From contig BTVJ01000089.1 in the NCBI GenBank assembly GCA_045863395.1, positions 1 through 31,156 on the forward strand: 31,156 nt of DNA, read 5' to 3'. The stretch's first letter is position 1. Every line of letters begins with the position of its first letter. Position numbers and translations under genes: made by a program. Source of the DNA: Myxococcales bacterium. GTDB taxonomy: Bacteria > Myxococcota_A > UBA9042 > JABWCM01 > BTVJ01. Under the pieces are notes generated by a model. That model saw only the letters and a list, made by a program, of their open reading frames with translations. It had not been told where the DNA came from and made no database searches. Shown in pieces: positions 1 to 7,759 of this stretch.

Positions 1-1
1 G

Positions 2-1381
2 CACGCCGTCGCCGTCGTCGTCGTCGTCGCAGGCATCGCCCAGGCCATTGCCGTTCGTGTCTTTCTGGTCCGGGTTTGCGACCTTGGGGCAGTTGTCCGT
101 CAGGTCGTCCACCCCGTCGCCATCGTCGTCCGGGTCGCAGAGGTCGCCGATGCCGTCGCCGTCCAGGTCGGCCTGCTGCACGTTCTTCTGGTCCGGGCAG
201 TTGTCGACGTTGTTCGGGACGCCGTCGCCGTCCCGGTCCGCGTCGCACTCGTCGCCCAGGCCGTCGGCGTCCATGTCCTCCTGGCCCGGGTTCGCAATCA
301 GCGGGCAGTTGTCCGCCCCGTCGAGCACCCCATCGCCGTCGTCGTCCTTGTCGACGCAGTCGGCCTCGCCGTCGCCGTCCGTGTCGGGGAAGGACTCGTC
401 GACCTCGCCATCGCAGTTGTCATCGACGCCGTTGCAGGCCTCAGCCTTGGGCTCCGTGCCGCTGCACGCCATCTTGCCCGCGACGCAGGCCGCCGAGCCC
501 GGGCAGGAGCCGAAGGCGTTGTCCAGCGTACAGGCTCCTGCGGCGATGTCCTCGTCGACCTTGCCGTCGCAGTCGTCGTCCGCGCCGTTGCAGACCTCGG
601 CCTTGGCGTCGGGCGCCGTGCACTCTCCGAGCCCTACGACGGAGCAGGACCGCTCACCGGCACAGCTCCCGAACGCGTTGACCGAGGCGCACGTCGTGCT
701 CAGCCCCTTGGCAATGGCCCGCTCCGAGCACTCGCAGATGCCCGCGTCCGCTACACACTGCGTGCCGCCCGCGCCGGAACACGCGTACCCCGCCGGGCAG
801 TCCGCGCCGGCACCGCAGGGTGCCCCGCAGAACGACCCCTCCGCGCCACCGCCGTAAGGGAGGCAGTCCGCGCCCTCGCCGCAGTCCTTGGACGACGTGC
901 AGGGGTCGCACAGGGTAAGGTGCTGGGGCAGGCAGATGTAGACGGTGTCGGCTCCCGTGTTCTCCAAGAGACGGCACGAGAACCCGTCGGGGCACGACTC
1001 CAGGCACTCCTTCGTGCACACCTTGCCGTCGGCGCTCTCGACGCAATAGCCCGAGAGGCAGTCGCCGTTGGACGAGCACTCGCAGAGGAAGCCGCCCACC
1101 TCGGTGCACGCCTCGGCCGTGTCCTCGTCAGGAACCCCCACGTCGGGTACGTCGACCCCGCCGCCGCCCAGGTCGGGGTCCGGGGTGCTCACGTCCGGGG
1201 TCGCGACGTCTGGGGCGGCAGTGATGCCGTCGCTCCCGAGCACGTCGGCGTCGGACGACCCAGCGCCGGGGATGCGGCTGTCACTACCGCAGGAGACCAC
1301 ACAGAAGCTGGCCAGCACCACGGCGATGGCGAAGAGGAATGATCCGGACCCGCTGATGCTCGTCACCCGGTGCTTGTCCAC
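2..1381 (-). CDS. Cys/Asp-rich lipoprotein with MopE-like (putative metal-binding) and thrombospondin type-3-like repeats; 3' end runs off the window
   Basis: Absent from the ORF track because it has no stop in the window; translated by hand. GTG at 1381 follows AAGGGAGG. Reads [31 protein letters not shown] (hydrophobic signal plus lipobox-like VVSC), then a Cys-rich domain, [16 protein letters not shown] motifs and DNCP..DxDGDGxGDxCD repeats (e.g. [20 protein letters not shown] at the edge). The + ORF 48..857 is its antisense shadow. Confidence 0.9.
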   Translation of the reverse strand, partial: MDKHRVTSISGSGSFLFAIAVVLASFCVVSCGSDSRIPGAGSSDADVLGSDGITAAPDVATPDVSTPDPDLGGGGVDVPDVGVPDEDTAEACTEVGGFLCECSSNGDCLSGYCVESADGKVCTKECLESCPDGFSCRLLENTGADTVYICLPQHLTLCDPCTSSKDCGEGADCLPYGGGAEGSFCGAPCGAGADCPAGYACSGAGGTQCVADAGICECSERAIAKGLSTTCASVNAFGSCAGERSCSVVGLGECTAPDAKAEVCNGADDDCDGKVDEDIAAGACTLDNAFGSCPGSAACVAGKMACSGTEPKAEACNGVDDNCDGEVDESFPDTDGDGEADCVDKDDDGDGVLDGADNCPLIANPGQEDMDADGLGDECDADRDGDGVPNNVDNCPDQKNVQQADLDGDGIGDLCDPDDDGDGVDDLTDNCPKVANPDQKDTNGNGLGDACDDDDDGDGV

Positions 1382-1415
1382 GTGGGCCTCCCTTGGCGGC
1401 GATGGTCGACCAGCC

Positions 1416-1446
1416 ATTATAGGGTGACTGAGGGGTGTACATACAA
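1416..1446 (-). promoter_or_regulatory. Putative promoter of the repeat lipoprotein gene, with an overlapping palindromic operator
   Basis: Minus strand reads TTGTAT-N19-TATAAT (perfect -10 at 1416-1421). The palindrome TGTA-N2-TACA at 1436-1445 overlaps the -35 region. Confidence 0.5.
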
Positions 1447-1480
1447 GGGCCGCTCGCGAGGCGGGAGCCGGAGCCTGAAA

Positions 1481-2356
1481 CTAAGGAAGGGCCGCGGCAA
1501 CCCCGAGGATCTCGCGGGCCTCCTCCGGCGAGGCGATGGTCCGCCCCGCCTCTCTGGCGATGCGAACGAGGGCCTCGACCAGCGCTCCATTGGACGACGC
1601 CTTCGAGCCATCCGGCAGATAGAACGTGTCCTCCAGGCCGGTGCGCAGGTGGCCGCCGAGCTCCGCCGCCCGCCGGTGGAGGTCCCACACCTCCTCACGG
1701 CCAATCCCGATGGTCTGCCACTCCACGCCGCCCTCCAGCTCCTCCACCAGCAGCGGCAACCAGGACCCCTTCGCGGGCATCCCGCTGGCGACCCCCATGA
1801 CGAAGGACGCGTGGACCGGCGGGCGCAGCATCCCCACCTGTCGAAACAGGGCCAGGCTCCGCACGATGCCGGTGTCGAAGCACTCGCACTCGGGGAGCAC
1901 GCCGAGGCGATCCATCGCGTCCAGGTACCCCTGGATCTTCCCGACGGGGTTGTCGAACAGCAGCGGGGGCCACGCCCAGGTGCCGTCCTTCTTCGCCTTG
2001 AGGTAGTTGAGCGACCCGGCGTTGAGCGCCGCCAGCTCCGGCCGCACCCGCTCCAGGCAGGCGAGGGGGCCCGCGATGTCGGCGCCCATCACGCCCGTGG
2101 ACATGTTGATGACGAGCTGGGGCGCGCGCGCGCGGATCGCGTCCACGATGGCGCCCGCGACGTCCGGATCCCAGCTCGGGAAGCGGCCCATCCCCGGGCG
2201 CTGATCGCGGAAGTGGCAGTGGACGACGGTGGCCCCCGCGTCGAAGGCCTGGCCCGCGGCCTCGGCCATCTCGTCGGGGGTCACCGGGACCGCGTGCTGC
2301 CGGGGGTCCGTCAGGACGCCGGTCAGCGCGCAGGTGATCACGACCTTGTCGCTCAT
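1481..2356 (-). CDS. Beta-keto acid cleavage enzyme (BKACE/DUF849, 3-keto-5-aminohexanoate cleavage family), ~291 aa
   Basis: True start MSDKVVITCALTG (ATG 2356, ATGA overlap with the upstream stop). Family motifs include PVTPDEMA, metal-binding HCH (VVHCHFRD), NMSTG, LNAGS, ECFDTG and RTGLEDTFY. Confidence 0.9.
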   Translation of the reverse strand: MSDKVVITCALTGVLTDPRQHAVPVTPDEMAEAAGQAFDAGATVVHCHFRDQRPGMGRFPSWDPDVAGAIVDAIRARAPQLVINMSTGVMGADIAGPLACLERVRPELAALNAGSLNYLKAKKDGTWAWPPLLFDNPVGKIQGYLDAMDRLGVLPECECFDTGIVRSLALFRQVGMLRPPVHASFVMGVASGMPAKGSWLPLLVEELEGGVEWQTIGIGREEVWDLHRRAAELGGHLRTGLEDTFYLPDGSKASSNGALVEALVRIAREAGRTIASPEEAREILGVAAALP

Positions 2357-2814
2357 GGGGTGTTGCTCCCGGGTGAGGCCGGCGCGTCCGCTGGCGAGGC
2401 CGAGATGCGGCCCGGCGACTGCTCGCGCGGCGGGTTGCGGTGGCAGTGGTTGCAGCTCCCGTGAGGCGGGCGGGTCTTCATCTCCCGCACCACGCCGTCG
2501 AGCGCGATGCGCGCGCTCACCGGCGGGAAGAGCTGCTCGGTGGTGAAGAAGTTGCCGGCGGAGTTGGTGACGAGGCGAACATGCACCCCCTTCGCGTCGG
2601 TGATGGTCACCTCGGCCCCGACGGCGGGCGCAGTCCCCTGGTGGTCCACGTAGGCGGTGCCGGCAGCGGAGAACTTGGGCGCCCGCGGCTCGCGCAGGTG
2701 GCACCCAATGCAGTCCTCGCCGGGCATCATGGTGGGGCCGGCGTCCTCGCGGCGCTTGCACCCTGTGACGCTCAGTGCGACCAGGAGGATTACGAAGGTC
2801 TGGAGCCTGCGCAT
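2353..2814 (-). CDS. Small diheme c-type cytochrome lipoprotein, ~153 aa
   Basis: MRRLQTFVILLVALSVTGC is a lipoprotein signal. Two CxxCH motifs (CIGCH, CNHCH) flank a small beta-rich segment (GAEVTITDAKG...TNSAGNFF). Confidence 0.8.
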   Translation of the reverse strand: MRRLQTFVILLVALSVTGCKRREDAGPTMMPGEDCIGCHLREPRAPKFSAAGTAYVDHQGTAPAVGAEVTITDAKGVHVRLVTNSAGNFFTTEQLFPPVSARIALDGVVREMKTRPPHGSCNHCHRNPPREQSPGRISASPADAPASPGSNTP

Positions 2815-2998
2815 GACCGCAAGCTGATACCAGATGGGAGGCCGGCTGCCAACCGAAGGGATCGCCAAAGAGGCGAGTGAGGCACGGACACGCCTCACCC
2901 TCGCCCGGAGGCGCTCCCGCAAACGACGCCGGTGAGGGTGAGGTGCGTACCGTGGCAGCACTCATCGGCCTGCCGACCCGGACCTTTAGGTCTTTCTC

Positions 2999-5728
2999 TC
3001 ACTCCGCCCGCCCTCGCGGCAGCAGGCGCAAGAGGGCGGGCAGGACCAGGGTTGCCGCGACCATGCAGGCGGCGACCCCCAGGACCAGGGTCAGCCCGAG
3101 GGACCACATGCCCCGATGATCGGACGACATCAGCGCGCCGAAGCCCACGATGGTCGTCAGTGAGGAGACGAGGACCGCCTTGCCCGTAGTTGCGGGCAGA
3201 TCGGCGGGGGGAGTGCCGCGAAGCCATCGGTGGACCACATGGACGCCGCTGTCGATGCCGATGCCGAGGATCAGGGGGATCGCGATGACGTTCGCGAAGT
3301 TGTACCCGATGCCGAGCGCGTTCATGCCGCCGACCATCCACACGAGACCGAGCGCCAACGGGAACAGCGCCAGCAGCGTGCCGCGGATCGTCCGGAAGTC
3401 GATGAACAGCAGCACGAGCACGGCGAGGGTCGCGTAGATGGCCGAGGCCTCCAGCCCGTCACGCAGGAGCTTGCCGAAGGCGACGAAGGTGACCGGGATG
3501 CCGGTGACCTCTGGGTCCAGACCCTTCAGGTGGCCGTTGAACGCCTCCATGAACTCGGGGTCGGCGATGGAGCCCCGCGGAAAGACGCGCACGAGGTACC
3601 GATCCCCCCCCGCGGTGTGACGGAACAGGGCATCCCGCACCTCGGACGGGAGGTCGTCGGGGCCCATCGCGACCGCATCGCTGCGCACGAAGTCCTGCAT
3701 CTCGCCCAGCAGCGCGTCAAGGCGCTGCTCCAGATTGGACAGACGGGCCTCCAGCTCGTCGGGCGGTAGCCCCCGGATCAGGGCCAGCAGGAGCTCGCCC
3801 TCCGCTGCGCCGGCCGCCACCGACGGGATCAGCGAGTCCTTCCCGTGCATGCGCAGGGTGAGGGGAAGATCCACCTTCATGTACTCGATGGCAGCCGCGA
3901 GCTGGCGGTCGAGCTCCGCGCCCTCCGGGGTCACCGGGTCGGCCAAGGTCAGGCGGGGCAGCCGCGCGAGGGCCTCTTTGGCGGACCGGATGGCCGGCTC
4001 CTTCTCCTGCTGGTTGGCAGGGAGGTAGGTGGCGATGGAGTCCACCCGCGCGACCAGGTCCTTGCGCGCAGCGGCGGCGTCCGCCAGGGTGCGGGCCTCG
4101 CCGGGCGAGTGTGCGACCATGACGGCGTAGTCGGGGCTGAAGGCCTCGGCGCGGCGCAGCTTCTCGTAGGCGGCGCGCGCGGGCACCTCCGGGTCGAGGA
4201 ACTGGTTGACGTCGAAGCTGAAGTGCATCGGGCGGATCGCGGGGACCAGCGCCAGGGTCACGAGCGCCGCCGCGCCCAGCGTGAGGACCGGCCGCCGCAC
4301 CACCGCCCGCCCGATGCCACCACCGCTCGCCCGGTCCCGGCGGAGGGGATATGGGCGACCCTTGCGCGCGAGGCGCTCGTAGCGCATGGCGAGCAGGCAG
4401 GGGGCCAGCGTGAGCGCCGCGACGAGGGTACACAGCAGGCCCGCGGCGGAGATCACCGCGAGCTCCTGCATTCCGGTGAACTCCGTGATGCCCGTGGCCA
4501 GAAACGCGGCGGCGCTCGTGGCGGCCCCCGTGACGATGGCCGGACCCGCATCCCGGATCGCCTCCGCGAGCGCCTCCGTGAGAGAGCGGCCGGTTCGCAG
4601 CGCCTCGTCGAAGCGTGCAACGATGTGGACCCCGAAATCGACGCCCAAGCCGACCAGGAACGCGAGGAAGCCGGAAGAGAGCATGTTGATGCGCCCATAG
4701 GCGAGCGCGGTGAAGCCCAGATCCAGCAGGACGCCGACGACCAGGGGGACGTAGACGACCACCGTGACGGCCAGCGAACCGTAGAACAGCAGGAAGAGCA
4801 GCGTCACTCCGGCGAGGGCGACCAGTGTGGTGACCATCAGGTCCCGGGAGACGATGGTCATCTCGGCGGCGATGTAGGAGGGATACCCCGCGACCCCCAC
4901 CCAGACGCCCGCGGGCGCCAGCCGGGCGGCCGCCTGCTCGACGCCGTGGACGAAGGGGATCAGGGTCGAGGCCTCGTCGTTGGCGGTCGCCGGCTGAGCG
5001 AACAGGAGCACCAGGCGACCGCCGTCTGCGGCCAGGTACCCCTGGTCGTCTGCGCCAGCCACATCCAGGGCGCCCCCATCAATGGCCCGCACCATCTGAA
5101 GCTCGGTCCAGTCGGGCGCGCTCAACGCCTCCCGCAGCAGCCGGAAGGCGTCGCCCAGCCCACCCTCTCCGGCCGGCGCTCCGGTCTCCGCCAGGGAGCT
5201 CAGGCCCTCGGTGTCCCCCTCCTCCAGGCGCGCGAACAGCGCGTTGAGCTGGGCGAGGGCGCCCGAGACACCATCGAGGTGGACGGGCGCCCTCCCCTCG
5301 CCCAGCGCGTCGCCGACCTTGCGCGCCAGGTCTGCGATGGTGCGGATCCTGCCATCATCGGCGTACAGGAGCCCCCAGCGCCTGAACGGCTCCGCATGGA
5401 CCCGGTGGGTCACGGTGCCGACCTTGGGGTCCTCCCGAAGGGTAGCCGCGAGCTCGTCCGCGAACCGACGATTGCGCGCGACGTCGTCCCCCTCGATGAC
5501 GACGACGACGCTCAGCGCCGCCCCAAACTCCCGGAGGAAGGTCTGGTAGCGGGCCTGATCGGCGTTGTCCTCGCTGACCATGTTGGTGCGGGAGGTGTCG
5601 ATGCGGAGGCCGTGCGTGACGAGCAGCACGACCGCCACCGCGGTGAGCGCGGCCCAGATCCCGAAGACCAGGCGGCGCCGATGGAGAGCCGCGTGCGCGA
5701 TGGACGAGAGGACCTTGTCGCGGAGCAA
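2999..5728 (-). CDS. MMPL/RND-superfamily lipid transporter (HpnN-like), 909 aa
   Basis: TTG start after GGAGG. Two repeats of 1 TM + large periplasmic domain + 5 TM. Contains GLGVDFGVH and GIGIDSGVH motifs plus TGKAVLVSSLTTIVGFGAL. Confidence 0.88.
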   Translation of the reverse strand: MLRDKVLSSIAHAALHRRRLVFGIWAALTAVAVVLLVTHGLRIDTSRTNMVSEDNADQARYQTFLREFGAALSVVVVIEGDDVARNRRFADELAATLREDPKVGTVTHRVHAEPFRRWGLLYADDGRIRTIADLARKVGDALGEGRAPVHLDGVSGALAQLNALFARLEEGDTEGLSSLAETGAPAGEGGLGDAFRLLREALSAPDWTELQMVRAIDGGALDVAGADDQGYLAADGGRLVLLFAQPATANDEASTLIPFVHGVEQAAARLAPAGVWVGVAGYPSYIAAEMTIVSRDLMVTTLVALAGVTLLFLLFYGSLAVTVVVYVPLVVGVLLDLGFTALAYGRINMLSSGFLAFLVGLGVDFGVHIVARFDEALRTGRSLTEALAEAIRDAGPAIVTGAATSAAAFLATGITEFTGMQELAVISAAGLLCTLVAALTLAPCLLAMRYERLARKGRPYPLRRDRASGGGIGRAVVRRPVLTLGAAALVTLALVPAIRPMHFSFDVNQFLDPEVPARAAYEKLRRAEAFSPDYAVMVAHSPGEARTLADAAAARKDLVARVDSIATYLPANQQEKEPAIRSAKEALARLPRLTLADPVTPEGAELDRQLAAAIEYMKVDLPLTLRMHGKDSLIPSVAAGAAEGELLLALIRGLPPDELEARLSNLEQRLDALLGEMQDFVRSDAVAMGPDDLPSEVRDALFRHTAGGDRYLVRVFPRGSIADPEFMEAFNGHLKGLDPEVTGIPVTFVAFGKLLRDGLEASAIYATLAVLVLLFIDFRTIRGTLLALFPLALGLVWMVGGMNALGIGYNFANVIAIPLILGIGIDSGVHVVHRWLRGTPPADLPATTGKAVLVSSLTTIVGFGALMSSDHRGMWSLGLTLVLGVAACMVAATLVLPALLRLLPRGRAE

Positions 5729-5968
5729 GCGAGCCTCCCGGGGCCCGAGTCGTTCACGGAGGCGGAGCGGGCCACGGCAGCCAGGAGTGCGGCCCAGGGC
5801 GACCCGGGTCGGAAGCGCGCCGCCGAGCGTTGGAGCGTCTCGACATCGCGTCGCCGCCGGTGCTCGCAGCGCCAGCGCAGACGCGGAGGATGCGGAGACG
5901 TGAGCTGGCCGGACATGCGCTGGCCGGACATCGAGCGTCGGAGTTCGATGACCACCGAGGTGCAGACA

Positions 5969-5998
5969 GGGTGGGAGAGGGCAAGCGCCCTCCCCCCG
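5969..5998 (-). terminator. GC-rich hairpin just 3' of the RRM gene (terminator or stabiliser, no U-tract)
   Basis: Minus strand GGGGGAGGGC-GCTT-GCCCTCTCCC forms a 10-bp stem with one G-U pair, ~10 nt after the stop. Confidence 0.4.
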
Positions 5999-6008
5999 TC
6001 ACGGCAGC

Positions 6009-6410
6009 CTAGAAGCGGTCGCGATCACGGCCGCCGCGGCCGCCGCCACCACCGCCACCACCGAAGCCGCCGCCACGGCCACCGCCGCCGCCGCCGCCGC
6101 CGAAGCCGCCGCCACGACCGCCGCCGCCGCCGAAGCCGCCGCCACCGCCGCCGCCACGGCCGCCCTTCTCCTCCGCCAGGTCGACCTTGATGGTGCGCCC
6201 GTCGAGGCTGGTGCCGTTCATCTCGTTGAGCGCGTTGGACGCGTCGGCGGCCTCCGCGAAGGTGACGAAGCCGAACCCACGGGAGCGTCCCGTGTCACGG
6301 TCCGTGATCACCTTGGCGTCCGTCACGTCCCCGAACTGCTCGAACGCTTGGCGGAGACCCGCGTCATCGGTGTTCCAGCTCAAGCCACCCACGAAAAGCT
6401 TCTTCGACAT
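6009..6410 (-). CDS. RRM (RNP-1) RNA-binding protein with Gly/RGG-rich tail, ~133 aa
   Basis: MSKKLFVGGLSW (RNP2) and RSRGFGFVTF (RNP1), followed by C-terminal GGFGGGGGRGG repeats. Confidence 0.95.
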   Translation of the reverse strand: MSKKLFVGGLSWNTDDAGLRQAFEQFGDVTDAKVITDRDTGRSRGFGFVTFAEAADASNALNEMNGTSLDGRTIKVDLAEEKGGRGGGGGGGFGGGGGRGGGFGGGGGGGGRGGGFGGGGGGGGRGGRDRDRF

Positions 6411-6680
6411 CTGTCCACTCTCTGCCATGTTGGACGCCCACGTTCCCGGGGAGCGCCTCGGACCGGACGGGTGAACCTCCACCCGCCCTGGAGCGCGGCC
6501 AAGCCGCCTCCAATCAAGGGTTGCGCATCATCCTGAAGCGGACTCGGGACCGGTCTACGATCTGGCAGCGTTCCACGCAGGCGTGGCCTGCTTGGAGGCG
6601 CCTCGGGCGCGTGCGCCGCGGGGAGGATCGGTGAACCTGGTGAACCTTGGACACTCCGAGAACTCATGCACAGGGTGGCC

Positions 6681-6709
6681 ACTGTAGAAAAAAAACCGGA
6701 GGGCGTCAA
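6681..6709 (-). promoter_or_regulatory. Sigma70-type promoter for the RRM gene, implying a ~260-nt 5' leader
   Basis: Minus strand TTGACG-N17-TACAGT (-35 at 6704-6709, -10 at 6681-6686) with a T8 tract in the spacer. Confidence 0.65.
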
Positions 6710-6784
6710 CAGGGATTCAACCTCCCGAATCGGAACGGCTTGCGTGGCACTGGGGAGCCGCACACACAGCGCTCTGAAGCACCC

Positions 6785-7636
6785 TCACGGCGAACGCGCC
6801 AGCAGGACCCACATGAGGTCATCCGCAGGATAGGGGAGCGACGCCCGATCAGGGATGAGGCGCCCGACACTCTCGACGGCCCTCCCCCACCAGCGCCCCT
6901 CCGACTTGTAGCGCAGCAGCGAGCGGGCGTGCTCTGCCAGGATCCTTCGCGGCGGGCGACCCCGGTCGAGCAGCGTGAAGCCGTGCCGCTCGAAGAGGCG
7001 CACCACGCCCTGCGGTGAGAACCAGTGCAGGACGCTGGGCGGGCTGTACTCATGCCAGTGTTGACCGAAGAGGCGCGCGGCAACGCTCTCCCGGTTCCAC
7101 GTCTCGATCAGGCAGAGCCCGCCTGGGCGGACCAGGCGCGCCACGGTGGCGACGCCCGCCCGAAGATCACGGAGGTGCGGCAGCACCTGGACCATCACCA
7201 CGACGTCGAACGAGGACTTTAGCTCCACGTCCTCCAGAGCGCCCCGGTGCATCTCCAGCCCGAGCTCGGATCGCGCGTGGCTGACCATGGTCCCGTTCGG
7301 CTCCAGCCCGACGCCAGTCCAGCCCTCGTCGCGGAGACCCGCGAGCACGTAGCCGGCCGCAGCACCCACGTCGAGGAGCCGCCCCGGCGCGACCCTGTTG
7401 CGGAGGAGCCTCCCGTAGAACCGCCCTCGCTCCCGGAGCTCGTCGCTGCTGGCCAGGTAGTCGGCATACCCGGCACCGCCACCGAAGAAGTACGCATCGC
7501 CATAGACGGCGTCGAGGTGACCGGTGCCAGGCTCCAGCTCGGCGAAGCGATGGCTGCACGTGTCGCAGCTCCGAATCCAGTACCCATGCGCCTGAAACAG
7601 ACGGGACGACGACTGATCGCAGATCGGACAGATCAC
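6785..7636 (-). CDS. Class I SAM-dependent methyltransferase with N-terminal Zn-ribbon, ~283 aa
   Basis: Likely start GTG 7636 after GGAGG (the ORF track extends to 7708). Motifs: CPIC...CDTC, motif I LLDVGAAAG, GLEPN, FDVVVMVQVLPH, LVRPGG, PPSVLHWFS. Confidence 0.85.
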   Translation of the reverse strand: MICPICDQSSSRLFQAHGYWIRSCDTCSHRFAELEPGTGHLDAVYGDAYFFGGGAGYADYLASSDELRERGRFYGRLLRNRVAPGRLLDVGAAAGYVLAGLRDEGWTGVGLEPNGTMVSHARSELGLEMHRGALEDVELKSSFDVVVMVQVLPHLRDLRAGVATVARLVRPGGLCLIETWNRESVAARLFGQHWHEYSPPSVLHWFSPQGVVRLFERHGFTLLDRGRPPRRILAEHARSLLRYKSEGRWWGRAVESVGRLIPDRASLPYPADDLMWVLLARSP

Positions 7637-7736
7637 GGGCCCTCCAGGGAGCAGGTGACGCGCCCTGACCGTCGCAGAGTGCGAGGGCGTCGTCAACGTG
7701 GCACGCATCTCCGTAGGTGTCGTCCGTGGGATGCAC

Positions 7737-7757
7737 GGGGGGGCGACGGCCCCCCCC
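7737..7757 (-). terminator. GC hairpin immediately after the degenerate HxsB-like gene
   Basis: GGGGGGGC-GACG-GCCCCCCC is a perfect 8-bp stem a few nt past the stop; no U-tract. Confidence 0.4.
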
Positions 7758-7759
7758 TG

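Noticed and set aside
2820..2998. c-di-GMP-I/GEMM riboswitch, suggested by GCCACGG...GGCAGCCGG on the minus strand
   Set aside because: The GGCAAA...GNRA...GACGCAAA P2 element and tetraloop receptor are absent.
5904..5931. 13-bp direct repeat GCTGGCCGGACAT x2 upstream of the MMPL gene
   Set aside because: There are only two copies in very GC-rich DNA and no associated promoter was found, so it cannot be distinguished from chance.
7640..7700. SAH/SAM riboswitch upstream of the methyltransferase (CTGCGACGG, hairpin)
   Set aside because: It lacks the GAGGAGCG...CAGGCUC core; a weak promoter explains the region equally well.
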